Below, in pieces: positions 26,285 through 38,324 of a stretch of 64,000 nt of DNA. The translations under genes were made by a program, and so were the position numbers. Every line of letters starts with the position of its first letter. Position 1 is the stretch's first letter. The notes below the pieces were generated by a model that did no database searches, was not told the DNA's origin, and was given only the letters and a program-made list of their open reading frames with translations. The DNA is from Candidatus Aminicenantes bacterium. Lineage in GTDB: Bacteria > Acidobacteriota > Aminicenantia > Aminicenantales > Saccharicenantaceae. The stretch spans positions 451,213-515,212 of the forward strand of contig CAVWFA010000016.1 in NCBI GenBank assembly GCA_963754085.1. Reading direction: 5' to 3'.

Positions 26285-27994
26285 CTACTTCTTCTGGTCC
26301 CTCTTGGCGATGGCGTCCTTGATCTTCTTCTCCGTGTCCTTGTATTGACTCGGCGTCGCGGAGTTGGCCAAAGCCTTGTTCACGGCAGCGAGAGCCTCGT
26401 CGAGCCGCCCCAGCCCGAGGAGGATGACCGCGAGCGTGTCCTCGGTCCAATCCCGGTCGTCCAGGGCGATCGACTTTTGCGCCGCCGCCAGGGCGCTCTC
26501 GAGGTTCGTCCCCTGCTGGGCCCAGAACCAGGCGTAGCTGTTCAGGCTCAGCGCGTCGTCCCCGATCTTGGCCACCGTCGCCGGTCCGTACACGGCCAGC
26601 GCCTGGTCCTTCTTGTCCCAGGCGATCAAGGCCCGGGCGGCCATCTGGAGGATGTTGGGATCGTCGGGCTTCAACCGGACGGCCGCCTCCGCCGCGGATA
26701 CGCTCTCCGGGTGCTTCTTTTGCTGAGACCAGAAGGAAGCGTACAGGGCCAGCGCCTGGGCGTCGTCTTTGTGTTTCTCCGCGTAGGCCGGCCCGTAGAC
26801 CGCGTCGGCCTTCTCCGGGAGGTTCGCGCGGATGTAGAAACTCGCGGCCGAGTAAGCGGTGTAGGCGTTGTCGGGCTGGAGGCCCATGGCCAGGTCCACG
26901 GCCTTGAGCGCGCTGTCCATGTTCTTCTTCTGCCCGGCCCAGAACTGGGCGTAGCTCTGAAGCGAGCTCACCGTATTCGAAAGGAGCCCGTCGACATAGT
27001 CCGGCCCGTAAGCCGCCTCCGCCGAATCGGCGTCGCCCTTGAGGACGCGGATCTGGGCAGCCAGGCGCGGGATCATATTGCTCAAGGACGAGTAGAGTCC
27101 CGCCTCGCGGGCCAGGGCGAGGCCGCGGTCGAGGTTGTCCCGGTCCCGGACGATCCTCTGCAGGTAATAGAAGGTCAAGAGCGGATCATTGGGGAACTTC
27201 GCCAGGCCGTCCTCGAAGAACTTGAAGGCCTCGTCCTTGCTCCTTCCGCTGAGGAAGAGATAAGAGCATCGGCGATAGGCTTCGCGGGCCAGGGGGCTGG
27301 CGGGCCGCCGGGCCGCGAAAGCGAGGAATGGAGCGGGGTCCTCCGCCTTGTTCCCGTCCGCCAGGGCGATCTGGAAATCGGCATAGTCTGCGCACGGAAC
27401 GGCGGTCTCGTTGTAATCCGTCGTCCCGGCCCGGCCCTCCGGATCGAGCGCCAGGATCTCCTTGTAGAGCGCCATGGCCTTGTCGTTGACGAAGCGGCTC
27501 TCGTGCTTCCGGGCGACCTGCATCATGAGCGGAACGTTCTTGGGATCGTTCAAGAGCTTCGCGCTCAGGACGCGGAACGTGTCCTCGCCCTTTTGGACCT
27601 TCAGGACCTTCTCGTGGAACTTCGCCGGCGGCGCCGAGTAGCCGTAGATCCAGTCGACCTCGTTCCCGTCCCCGTCGAGGAACAGGAGGAAGGGCGTCCC
27701 CAGAACCTTGTATTTCTTGTACACCTCCTCGCCCTTCTTGGAGCCGCGGGAGGCGCGATAGAGGACGAAATGGTCTTCGATGAACTTCTTGTAGATGGGA
27801 TTGGAATAATACTGCTGGACCAGCAGCTTGCAGGACCCTCAGCCGCTTTCCTGGAAGAAATCGAGCAGCAGGAGCTTATTCTGCGCCTTGGCCTTGGCCA
27901 GGGCGTCCTCGACCGACCCGGTAAGCCAGTTCTGGCCGTAAGCCGCCGAGGCGGCAAAGGCCAGAGCAAACGCGAGCGTCAACGTCTTCTTCAT
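26285..27994 (-). CDS. secreted thioredoxin-like / TPR-repeat protein, probable selenoprotein (in-frame TGA read as Sec)
   Basis: The track shows only 26285..27724. My translation upstream of it gives MKKTLTLAFALAFAASAAYG (signal peptide) ...NKLLLLDFFQESG-TGA-GSCKLLVQQYY...KKYKVLGTPFLLFLDGDGNEV, in the same frame. The length from the ATG at 27994 to the stop is divisible by 3. The remainder is TPR repeats. Confidence 0.7.
27812..27826 (-). promoter_or_regulatory. candidate bacterial SECIS hairpin
   Basis: The mRNA reads UGA GGGUCCUGCAAG CUGCUGGUCCAGCAG. The stem CUGCU(G)/(C)AGCAG starts 12 nt after the UGA, and its apical GGUC-containing loop resembles the E. coli fdhF SECIS loop. Confidence 0.5.
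27839..27841 (-). other. in-frame UGA, candidate selenocysteine codon (codon 52)
   Basis: It aligns with the first Cys of the thioredoxin motif: DFFQESG-U-GSCK versus the canonical DF.A.W-C-GPCK. Confidence 0.65.
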
Positions 27995-28098
27995 TCTCGA
28001 CCTCCTTCGGCGACGGGCCGAAAAATCCGAACAAGGGCCTCTCGGGCCCGATGGAACGAGGAACTGTGGTCGATTCCTGAAGCCACCCCTCTGTCCTT

Positions 28099-28127
28099 AA
28101 TCTAGGCTGGAGGGCCAGTCGTGTCAA
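28099..28127 (-). promoter_or_regulatory. putative sigma-70 promoter of the selenoprotein/ABC-importer operon
   Basis: Minus strand reads TTGACA-N17-TAGATT, about 105 nt upstream of the ATG at 27994. Confidence 0.45.
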
Positions 28128-28145
28128 TGTCTTTAAAAAGATACA

Positions 28146-28160
28146 GTCCCCTTCGGGGAC
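28146..28160. repeat. GTCCCC-TTC-GGGGAC hairpin (shares the GGGGAC core of the palindrome family)
   Basis: Located in the divergent intergenic region upstream of leuS. Confidence 0.5.
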
Positions 28161-28184
28161 AGCCCCTGCCTCGAGGCCCTTTCC

Positions 28185-28213
28185 TTGACTTCAGGGGGGA
28201 ATGAATCTAAGAT
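28185..28213 (+). promoter_or_regulatory. putative sigma-70 promoter of leuS
   Basis: TTGACT-N17-TAAGAT. The TTG that the ORF track uses as a start codon is the -35 hexamer. Confidence 0.5.
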
Positions 28214-28244
28214 GAAAAGCCATTCTTTAGAGGATTTTAGGACC

Positions 28245-30727
<2,483 letters not shown>

Positions 30728-30746
<19 letters not shown>

Positions 30747-30919
30747 AAACGCCGAGTTTCTCCATCACACAAAAAAGACAGACCGGCGTTTTCACCCTTC
30801 GGGCAAGCCGATCCGGCCGCATCTGCTTCGTTGCAAAGGGTTCGCAGTACCCCGAGTACAGCTTCACCCTTTGACGCCTCGCATCTGCAGCCGTCTCGGC
30901 TCGTGAATTGTCCAGGCTA
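30728..30919 (+). mobile_element. 192-bp MITE-like element, copy 1
   Basis: The termini are TAGCCTGGACCATTCATGA ... TCGTGAATTGTCCAGGCTA, a 19-bp terminal inverted repeat (TIR) with 16 of 19 positions complementary. The internal ~125 bp is about 95% identical to the reverse complement of 56873-56995. No coding capacity. Confidence 0.7.
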
Positions 30920-30951
30920 GCTGACGCCGGGCCGCCCGAGCCGCGTCGACC

Positions 30952-31494
30952 ATGAGGAGAACGATGCACGCCGCGAGAGGATCCGCCGCGATGGGCGCGC
31001 TGCTCGTCGCCGCCCTGGCCGTCGCCGCGGGCTGTGGTTACCGGCTGCGCGGCACAGGGTCGTCGCTCCCGCCCGGGATCCGGACCGTGAGCGTGCCGGT
31101 GTTCAGGAACCTGACGACCCGATACGAGCTGGACGTCAAGCTGACCCGGGCCGTCATCGACGAGCTCGTCGCCCGCGGCCAGGTCTCGGTCGCCGCGGAC
31201 CCGGCCGCCGCGGACGCCGTCCTCGAGGGCGAGATCACCGGCTTCACCGCGAATCCCATCGGCTTCACGGGCGCCGGCCAGGCCGACCGGTACACCCTTA
31301 CGGTGACGGCCAAGGTCACGCTGAAGGAGCGGGCCACGGCCAAGGCCCTGTTCACGAATCCCGCCTTCATCTACCAGCAGGAGTACGGTGTGCCGCCCGG
31401 CTCGAGCTTCGAATCGGTCCAGACCGAGGCCATCGACAAGATCGCCGGCAAGTTCGCCCGCAGCCTCGTCGTCAGCATCCTGGAGGGGTTCTAG
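30952..31494 (+). CDS. lptE: LPS-assembly lipoprotein LptE (RlpB-like)
   Basis: 180 aa with lipobox LAVAAGC. It sits between leuS and holA, the conserved leuS-lptE-holA synteny. Confidence 0.7.
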   Translation: MRRTMHAARGSAAMGALLVAALAVAAGCGYRLRGTGSSLPPGIRTVSVPVFRNLTTRYELDVKLTRAVIDELVARGQVSVAADPAAADAVLEGEITGFTANPIGFTGAGQADRYTLTVTAKVTLKERATAKALFTNPAFIYQQEYGVPPGSSFESVQTEAIDKIAGKFARSLVVSILEGF

Positions 31495-31495
31495 G

Positions 31496-32635
31496 ATGCC
31501 CGGGCCGGCGGCCGGCGCGCTCCGCGAGGAGACGCTCCTCGCCGGCTATTTCTTTTTCGGCGAGGACGACTACCAGGCCGAGGAGTTCGTCGGAGACCTC
31601 GCGCGCGTCCTGGCCGCCTCTACGGGCGGCGAGTTCCACCTGACCCGCATGGACCTCGACGAGGCCAAATGGCGGGACATCATCGACACAGCCCGGACCG
31701 CGCCCTTCCTCTTCGAACCCTGGCGGGCCCTCGTCGTCCGCGTGCCCGAGCGCAAAGCCGGCTCCGACAAAAAGGCCGGAGCGGATGGGGAGGAGGGCCG
31801 GGGGACCAAATACCTCACGGCGGCCGACCAGAAGATCCTCAAGGAGTACTTCGCCGATCCGCCGCCGCGCACGGTCATCGTCGTCATCCGGGCCGGGCGC
31901 GTCCGGCGCGACGACGCCATGGTCCGGTTCTTCCAGTCCCTGCCGAAAACGGCGATATCTGTCGCGGAGATGAAGCGGCTGTCCGAGTATCGGCTGATGC
32001 AGAGGGCCGACGAGAAGGCCCGGTCCCTCGGCAAGACCCTGACCGAGCGGGCCAAGTCGCGGCTCATCGACCTTCTCGGACAGGACCTCCGCCTGGTGAT
32101 GAACGAGGTGGCCAAGCTGGCCGTTTTCGTCGGTGACAAGAAGGGGATCGAGGAGTCGGACGTGGACCTGGCCACGGCCGGCCAGCGCAGCTTCCAGGCC
32201 TACGAGCTCGACGACGCCCTGGGCGCCGCCGACTTCGCCAAGGGCGCCGCCATCCTCAACGACCTCTTCGCCGAGGGCGAGAGGCCCGAGGTCATCCTCG
32301 GCCGCCTGGCCGGGTTCCTCCGCAACGTCCTGGCCGCCCAGACCTGGCTCAGGGAGAAGAGCCGGACCAAGGACGAGATCTTCCAGGCGCTTTTTCCCCA
32401 GATCCAAAAGGGCTGGAGCCTGTACAACGACAAATCCCGGGATTTCTTCGGGGCCGTGGACGGCCTCTCGCCGGCCGAGCTCAACGCGCTCCTGGCCAAG
32501 CTCCGTCAGCTGGACAGGACGCTCAAGACGGCGAGTACCAAGGACGCGGGCGAGAAGATCCTCTTCGAGGGGTTCTTGCAGGAATTCTGCCTGGCGAGGC
32601 AGAAAAGGCTGATTATTTCGCCGGAGCGGGACTGA
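31496..32635 (+). CDS. holA: DNA polymerase III subunit delta
   Basis: MPGPAAGALREETLLAGYFFFGEDDYQAEEF. The size (379 aa) and synteny fit. It is part of track ORF 31388..32635. Confidence 0.8.
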   Translation: MPGPAAGALREETLLAGYFFFGEDDYQAEEFVGDLARVLAASTGGEFHLTRMDLDEAKWRDIIDTARTAPFLFEPWRALVVRVPERKAGSDKKAGADGEEGRGTKYLTAADQKILKEYFADPPPRTVIVVIRAGRVRRDDAMVRFFQSLPKTAISVAEMKRLSEYRLMQRADEKARSLGKTLTERAKSRLIDLLGQDLRLVMNEVAKLAVFVGDKKGIEESDVDLATAGQRSFQAYELDDALGAADFAKGAAILNDLFAEGERPEVILGRLAGFLRNVLAAQTWLREKSRTKDEIFQALFPQIQKGWSLYNDKSRDFFGAVDGLSPAELNALLAKLRQLDRTLKTASTKDAGEKILFEGFLQEFCLARQKRLIISPERD

Positions 32636-32891
32636 GCTGCGCGACCTGCCGGCTCAGCCGGGATTTGTAGCGGCTGCCGGTGTTCTTCTTGATGGCCCCC
32701 TTCTTGACCGACGTGTCGATGGCCTTGGTGAGCGAGGGGAGCATCTTGACGGCGGTCTCGCGGTCCTTCTCCTCGATGGCTTCGCGCATCTTGCGCATCT
32801 GGGTGCGCAGGGCCGACTTGTTCTGGGTATTGACGGACTTCCGGCGGAGGCTGCGGCGGTGCTGCCGTACCGCTGATTTGTGACGGGCCAT
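32613..32891 (-). CDS. rpsT: 30S ribosomal protein S20
   Basis: MARHKSAVRQHRRSLRRKSVNTQNKSALRTQMRK, with AGAGGAGAAAG upstream. Confidence 0.9.
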   Translation of the reverse strand: MARHKSAVRQHRRSLRRKSVNTQNKSALRTQMRKMREAIEEKDRETAVKMLPSLTKAIDTSVKKGAIKKNTGSRYKSRLSRQVAQLSPAPAK

Positions 32892-32916
32892 ATCTTTCTC
32901 CTCTTGAAAGGGTCCT

Positions 32917-32945
32917 ATGATAGAATGTCCTGACTTTAAAGTCAA
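32917..32945 (-). promoter_or_regulatory. putative sigma-70 promoter of rpsT
   Basis: Minus strand reads TTGACT-N17-TATCAT, 25 nt upstream of the ATG. Confidence 0.5.
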
Positions 32946-32968
32946 ACGCCCGGGAGGACCCCGTTCCC

Positions 32969-34549
32969 ATGGAGCATGACGAGCGGAAGACCCGGTTGAT
33001 CCGGTCCACGGCCGCGGTCGCCGGGCCGACGCTGGTCAGCCGGGTCCTCGGCTACGTCCGCGACCTCCTTCAGGCCTATTATCTCGGCACCGGCACGAGC
33101 GCCGACGCTTTCATCATCGCCTACACCATTCCCAATTTGTTCCGCCGCCTGACAGGCGAGGGGGCCATGACCCCGGCCTTCGTCCCGGCGTTCACGGAGC
33201 TCAAGGGCGGGCCGGACAGGCAGCGGTTGTGGCGCTTCGGCAATGTCTTCTTCTGGGACCTGGCCCTGGTCATGGCCGTCACGACAGCCGTGGGCATCTT
33301 CTTCGCGCCGGGCCTGGTCAAGGTCATCGCCTACGGCTTCGGCGATGTCGCCGGGAAATGGGGCCTGACCATCTTCATGACCAGGGTCATGTTCCCGTAC
33401 CTGTTCTTCATCAGCCTGGCCGCCCTGGCGAGCGGCATCCTGAACTCCTTCGGCCGCTTCTTCATCCCGGCCTCGACCCCCATCCTGTTCAACATCGTCA
33501 TCATCGCCGCCGTGGCCGGCTGGGCCCGGGACGCCCGCGAGCCGGCCCTCGTCTTCGCCGCCGCCGTCGTCATCGGCGGCATCCTCCAGCTCGCCCTCCA
33601 GGTCCCGTTCCTGTGGAAGGAGGGGATGCGCTTCACCTTCGGCTTCTCCTTCCGCGATTCGACGGTCCGGCGGGTCGGGCGGCTCATGGTGCCCGGGATC
33701 TTCGGATCGAGCGTCTACCTGATCAACTTCGCCCTGAGCCGGATGATCGCCTCCGGCCTCGAAGAGGGGAGCGCCTCGGCGCTTTACTATGCGTCCCGCA
33801 TCGAAGAGCTGACCTTGGGGCTCTTCTCGATCGCCCTGGCCGCGGCCCTCCTCCCGGCCTTTTCCGAGCACGTCGCCGCGCGCGATATCGGCGAGCTGAA
33901 GAAGACCCTCGGCTTCTCGCTCAAGCTCACGGCCGTCGTCAGCTTCCCGGCCGCGGCCGGGCTCATGGCCATCAACGCGCCGATCATGCGCACGCTCTTC
34001 GAGCGCGGCCAGTTCGGCCAGGGGTCGACGGCGGTCTCGGCGTCCTGCCTGCTCTTCTTCGCGCTCGGCCTGCCCTTCGTTTCGGGGGTCAAGGTCGTCG
34101 CGCCCGCGTTCTTCTCCCTCAAGGATACCCGGACGCCCGTGGCCATCGGCATCGTCGTCGTGTTCGTGAACATCGCCGGGGCCCTCCTGCTCATGGGCTC
34201 TCTCCGGGTCAGCGGCCTGGCCCTGGCCTTGTCGCTGTCGCAAGCGCTCAACTTCGTTCTCCTCCTCGTCTGGCTCGGGCGCAAGATCGGGCCTCTCGAC
34301 ACGGCCCGCTGGGCGGTCCCGGCGCTGAAGGCCGCGGCGGCCGCGGCCCTGATGGGCGCGGCCCTCCGCCTGGCCTGGCCCCTTCTCCGCGTCGATGGGG
34401 CGGCCTTCGTCGTCCGGGCGGCCGCTCTGGCCGGCGCCATCCTCGCGGGCATCATCATCTATATCCTCCTGCTCAGGCTCGTCAGCCCGGCCGACTTGAA
34501 GAGCGTCGTCGGGCATCTGCGCCGGGCGGCCTCCAAGGAGAGCCCATGA
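32969..34549 (+). CDS. murJ: lipid II flippase MurJ
   Basis: 526 aa with [44 protein letters not shown]. Polytopic. Confidence 0.9.
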   Translation: MEHDERKTRLIRSTAAVAGPTLVSRVLGYVRDLLQAYYLGTGTSADAFIIAYTIPNLFRRLTGEGAMTPAFVPAFTELKGGPDRQRLWRFGNVFFWDLALVMAVTTAVGIFFAPGLVKVIAYGFGDVAGKWGLTIFMTRVMFPYLFFISLAALASGILNSFGRFFIPASTPILFNIVIIAAVAGWARDAREPALVFAAAVVIGGILQLALQVPFLWKEGMRFTFGFSFRDSTVRRVGRLMVPGIFGSSVYLINFALSRMIASGLEEGSASALYYASRIEELTLGLFSIALAAALLPAFSEHVAARDIGELKKTLGFSLKLTAVVSFPAAAGLMAINAPIMRTLFERGQFGQGSTAVSASCLLFFALGLPFVSGVKVVAPAFFSLKDTRTPVAIGIVVVFVNIAGALLLMGSLRVSGLALALSLSQALNFVLLLVWLGRKIGPLDTARWAVPALKAAAAAALMGAALRLAWPLLRVDGAAFVVRAAALAGAILAGIIIYILLLRLVSPADLKSVVGHLRRAASKESP

Positions 34550-35013
34550 AGATCGTGCTGCAGCGGGTGAAAGAGGCCCGGGTCGAGGTCGAGGGCGTGA
34601 CGGCCGGCCGTATCGGCCGCGGCCTGTGCCTGCTCGTCGGCGTCGAGAAGGGCGACGGGGAGGCGGACGCGGAATACCTGGCCCGCAAGTGCGTCGAGCT
34701 GCGCATCTTCCCGGACGCCGAGGGCAAGATGAACCTCTCGCTGGCCGAGGCCGGCGGCGAGGTGCTGGCCGTGTCCCAATTCACGCTGGCCGGCTCGGTG
34801 CGCAAGGGCCGCCGGCCGAGCTTCGACGGCGCCGAGGCGCCGGCCCGGGCGGCCGAGCTGTTCGAGTCCTTCGTCGGCGCCGTCGAGGCGCTCGGCGTGA
34901 CCGTCGAGACGGGCGTCTTCCAGGCCCTCATGGAGGTCCACCTCGTCAACGACGGGCCGGTGACCTTCGTCCTCGGATCGAGGCCCGGGGCGGGCGGTCG
35001 GGACGAGGGGTGA
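34546..35013 (+). CDS. dtd: D-aminoacyl-tRNA deacylase
   Basis: [15 protein letters not shown]...SQFTLAG...RRPSF...NDGPVTF. It has an ATGA overlap with murJ. Confidence 0.9.
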   Translation: MKIVLQRVKEARVEVEGVTAGRIGRGLCLLVGVEKGDGEADAEYLARKCVELRIFPDAEGKMNLSLAEAGGEVLAVSQFTLAGSVRKGRRPSFDGAEAPARAAELFESFVGAVEALGVTVETGVFQALMEVHLVNDGPVTFVLGSRPGAGGRDEG

Positions 35014-35166
35014 GACCGGACCCCTTTTCTCACCTCTCGCGAGGAGGGTCGGGCCCTAAAAATCACCCCCCGATTCCCCGGACCGGGCCATGCCCGGCCC
35101 CCGGTCCTGCCGTAAGATCGGCCTGGACGACCGCGTGAGAACCGGTCTGCCCGCAGTGAGAGACGT

Positions 35167-37149
35167 ATGCCCATGAGCCGCTTCATCGCCAGACGGAAGG
35201 TCGAGAGCCTGCCCCGGATCCCTCTGCGCGGGACGATCGACCTGACCTACCGGTGCGGCAACGACTGCCGCCACTGTTGGCTTCGGCTCGCGCCGGATGC
35301 GGCCGAGCGCGCGGCCGAGCTGACGTCCGGCGAGATCCGCCGCGTCGTCGACGAGGCCCGGAAGCGGGGCTGCCGGGAATGGGCCATCTCCGGCGGCGAA
35401 CCCATGCTCCGCCCGGACTTCGCCGAGGTCTTTTCGGGGATCATCGAAAAGTCCTTCCGGTATACGCTGAACACGAACGGCACCCTGATCACCCCGGCCA
35501 TCGCCCGCCTGCTGAGGCGGCCGGGCGCCAAGCTCGTCGCGCTCTACGGCGCCACCTCAGCGGTCCACGACGCGGTCACGCGCCAGCCGGGCTCGTTCGC
35601 GGCCCTCGAGCGGGGCGTTGCCTATCTCCGGGAAGCGGGGGCGGCTTTCACGGTCCAGGTCGTTCCCATGCGGACCAACATCGCCGATTACGAAGCCATG
35701 GTCCGTCTGGCGGGATCGTGGAGCCCGAGCTGGCGGGTGGGCGCCACCTGGCTCTATCTCTCGGCCTCCGGCGACCCGCGGCGCAACCGCGATATCCGGG
35801 CCGAGCGCCTGGACCCGGCCCGGGTGGCCGAGCTCGATCAGGTCTTTGCCGGAGGCGCCGGCGATCCGGACAGGGACGCCGCGATCGCGTGCGCCGCCGC
35901 GCGCGCCGTGACCGAAGGGCTCTATGCGGCCTGCCTGGCCGGCCGGCGCGATTTCCACATCGATCCGTACGGCGGCCTGAGCTTCTGCTCGTTCGTCAAA
36001 GACCCCGCCCTGCGCCTCGACTTGAGATCGATGAGCTTCGCCGAGGCTTGGGAAGAGCGCCTGCCGCGGCTGGCGGAGGCCGTCAGGCCGTCCGCGGCCT
36101 ACGGCGACGGATGCGGGACCTGCGACCTGAGGGCCGACTGCAAGTGGTGCCCGGTCTACGCCTATCTCGAGCACCGGGACCACTCGGCGAAGATCGAGGG
36201 GCTCTGCGCGATCGCCCGGGAAACGCGCCGGGCCCGGACGGAATGGCTCGGCGCGCACCGCCGCCGCTTCGGCATCGCCGGCCTCGCGGTCGACGTCGAG
36301 TCCGACCTGCCGATCACCGACGGGACGTTCGACCCCAAGTTCGAGCCCTTTCGGGTCCCGGCCGACGGGCCGGCCGATATCGTCCTCCGCCATCACTTCT
36401 CCCTGCCCGACCTCGACGCCTTCGACCTGGGCCGGGAGGTCTACCGCCGGGCGCCCTGGGCGATCTTCCGCAAAGACTCGTCCTGGATCTACGTCATGAT
36501 CTCCCCCGATCCGTCCGACGCGACGGTCCACCGCGTCATGGTCTTCGACGACGGGCACACCCGGGGCCGCATCTACAGCCCGTCGGACGGCTTCTTCCGA
36601 TCCGGCGGCCTCGATTCGCTGGCTCTGCTGCCCTCGGACCAGCTCGTCCTGGCCCGGGCCCTGCCGGCCTTCGGCGGCCTCTATGTGCATGCGGCGGGGG
36701 TGGACATGGGCGGGCACGGCCTCGTGTTCGCGGGCCCGTCGGAAGCCGGCAAATCGACCATGGTCAAGCTCATCGGGGACCGGGGCCGGGTCCTCTGCGA
36801 CGACCGGGTCATCGTCCGCAAGAGCGCCGGGGGGGTCCGCGTCCACGGGACCTGGAACCACGGCGAGATCCCGCGCGTGTCGCCGGCTTCGGCGCCCGTG
36901 CGCGCGGTCTTCTTCCTTCGACAGGCGAAGACGAACCGCCTCGACCGCGTCGAGGATCCCCGGGCCGTGCTGGCCGATCTCCTGCCCCGCCTGGTCCGGC
37001 CGCTGGTCTCGTCCGACTGGTGGGAGCGGGCCCTGGCCCTGGCCGCCGAGATCGTCCGCGACGTGCCGTTCTACGACCTGTCCTTCGACCGGAGCGGGGA
37101 CATCGTCCGCGTCCTCGAGGAATTCCTGGGCCAGGCGGACGGGCCATGA
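35167..37149 (+). CDS. radical SAM/SPASM peptide-maturase-like enzyme fused to a C-terminal HPr-kinase-related P-loop domain
   Basis: 660 aa. The radical SAM motif is CGNDCRHC, followed by SGGEPMLRPD. The SPASM Cys cluster is CGTCDLRADCKWCPVYAYLE. From about residue 380 the sequence reads YVHAAGVDMGGHGLVFAGPSEAGKSTMVKLIGDRGRVLCDDRVIV (P-loop at nt 36733-36759). Confidence 0.85.
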   Translation: MPMSRFIARRKVESLPRIPLRGTIDLTYRCGNDCRHCWLRLAPDAAERAAELTSGEIRRVVDEARKRGCREWAISGGEPMLRPDFAEVFSGIIEKSFRYTLNTNGTLITPAIARLLRRPGAKLVALYGATSAVHDAVTRQPGSFAALERGVAYLREAGAAFTVQVVPMRTNIADYEAMVRLAGSWSPSWRVGATWLYLSASGDPRRNRDIRAERLDPARVAELDQVFAGGAGDPDRDAAIACAAARAVTEGLYAACLAGRRDFHIDPYGGLSFCSFVKDPALRLDLRSMSFAEAWEERLPRLAEAVRPSAAYGDGCGTCDLRADCKWCPVYAYLEHRDHSAKIEGLCAIARETRRARTEWLGAHRRRFGIAGLAVDVESDLPITDGTFDPKFEPFRVPADGPADIVLRHHFSLPDLDAFDLGREVYRRAPWAIFRKDSSWIYVMISPDPSDATVHRVMVFDDGHTRGRIYSPSDGFFRSGGLDSLALLPSDQLVLARALPAFGGLYVHAAGVDMGGHGLVFAGPSEAGKSTMVKLIGDRGRVLCDDRVIVRKSAGGVRVHGTWNHGEIPRVSPASAPVRAVFFLRQAKTNRLDRVEDPRAVLADLLPRLVRPLVSSDWWERALALAAEIVRDVPFYDLSFDRSGDIVRVLEEFLGQADGP

Positions 37150-38324
37150 CCGCCAAGAGCTTCGTCCGGAAGGTCCCCTCGGGGACGTCCGGCCTGTGGC
37201 GCACGGCGGCCCCGAAGCTCGCCCGGCTGGACATCGAGCTGACCGAACGGTGCAACTGCGCCTGCCTGCACTGTTCGGTCGCCCGGCCGGCCGGAGATGC
37301 CGAGGCCAAGGCCCGGGAGTGGCCCGCGGAACGGTGGACGGCCCTCCTCGACGAGGCCGCCGGACTGGGCTGTCTCGTCGTCCGGCTGACCGGCGGCGAA
37401 CCGCTTCTGCGGAGCGACTTCGAGGAGATCTACCTCCACGCGCGAAAGCTCGGCTTGAGGGTGATGCTCTTCACCAACGCCACGCTCGTCACGCCGCGCC
37501 TGGCCCGCCTCCTCAGGGACGTCCCGCCGCTCGAGGCGGTCGAGATCTCGATCTACGGGATGACCCGGGAGTCGGGCGAGGCCGTGACGCGCGCTCCGGG
37601 CTCGTTCGCGGCCGCGCGCCGCGGGCTCGGTCTTCTGGCCGAGAGCGGCGTCCCCTTCGTCGTCAAGGGCGCCGTCCTGCCGCCGACGCGCGGCGAGGCG
37701 GACGAATTCGAAGCCTGGGCGGCCGGTCTCTCCGGAAACGCCGGCCCCGCCGCGTTCGCCGTGCTGTTCGACCTCCACTCGCGGCGCGACGCGGCGCGGA
37801 GCGCGGTCATCGCCGGATTGCGGTCCGGCGGCGACGAGTTCGTGCGCTTCTCCCGGCGTCACGGCGACGAAGCCGTCGGCGAATGGGGGGAATTCTGCGG
37901 CCGCCCCGGCGGGGCCCGCGGCGACCGTCTCTTCATCTGCCTGCCGGCGGCCGCCTCGGCCTCGGTCGATCCGTACGGCCGTCTGCAGTATTGCCTGGGC
38001 CTCCGCCATCCGGCGGCCCTCTACGACCTGGCCGCGGGATCGCTCCGCGAGGCCGTGACGGAGTTCCTGCCGCGGCTCCGGGAGACCCGGGCCGCGGACC
38101 CGGCCTATCTCGAACGCTGCGCCCGGTGCTTCCTCAGGGGCCTCTGCGCGCAATGCCCGGCGAAGTCGTGGGCCGAGCACGGGACCCTCGACTCGCCGGT
38201 CGAATACTTCTGCGGCGTCGCTCACGCCCAGGCGGTCGCCGCCGGCCTTCTGAAACCGGGGGAGAAGGCCTGGACCGTCCGCGACGGGGCCGAACGGGCG
38301 AAAATAAGGAGGAACGGATCATGA
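37146..38324 (+). CDS. radical SAM/SPASM domain protein (second)
   Basis: 392 aa with an ATGA overlap with the previous gene. Motifs are CNCACLHC, TGGEPLLRSD and CARCFLRGLCAQCPAKSWAEHG. It is part of track ORF 35253..38324. Confidence 0.85.
   Translation: MTAKSFVRKVPSGTSGLWRTAAPKLARLDIELTERCNCACLHCSVARPAGDAEAKAREWPAERWTALLDEAAGLGCLVVRLTGGEPLLRSDFEEIYLHARKLGLRVMLFTNATLVTPRLARLLRDVPPLEAVEISIYGMTRESGEAVTRAPGSFAAARRGLGLLAESGVPFVVKGAVLPPTRGEADEFEAWAAGLSGNAGPAAFAVLFDLHSRRDAARSAVIAGLRSGGDEFVRFSRRHGDEAVGEWGEFCGRPGGARGDRLFICLPAAASASVDPYGRLQYCLGLRHPAALYDLAAGSLREAVTEFLPRLRETRAADPAYLERCARCFLRGLCAQCPAKSWAEHGTLDSPVEYFCGVAHAQAVAAGLLKPGEKAWTVRDGAERAKIRRNGS

Noticed and set aside
27839-27841. The in-frame TGA interpreted as evidence for an alternative genetic code (UGA as Trp or Gly) or as a simple pseudogene.
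   Set aside because: TGA terminates many well-supported genes here, including numerous ATGA/GTGA overlaps, so the code is standard. The exact alignment with the CxxC cysteine and the downstream hairpin favour Sec over random decay. The pseudogene option cannot be fully excluded without the rest of the genome.
28185-28244. The N-terminal extension of leuS that the ORF track begins at a TTG (MTSGGNESKMKSHSLEDFRT).
   Set aside because: The TTG is the first base of a TTGACT-N17-TAAGAT promoter. The conserved LeuRS N-terminus starts at MTETYDF (28245).
35080-35107. The hairpin GGACCGGG-N12-CCCGGTCC after dtd as a terminator separating dtd from the rSAM cassette.
   Set aside because: There is no U-tract, and GC-rich hairpins of this size are common here. 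The transcriptional start of the cassette is left unresolved; only a weak TAAGAT -10-like hexamer without a -35 was seen.
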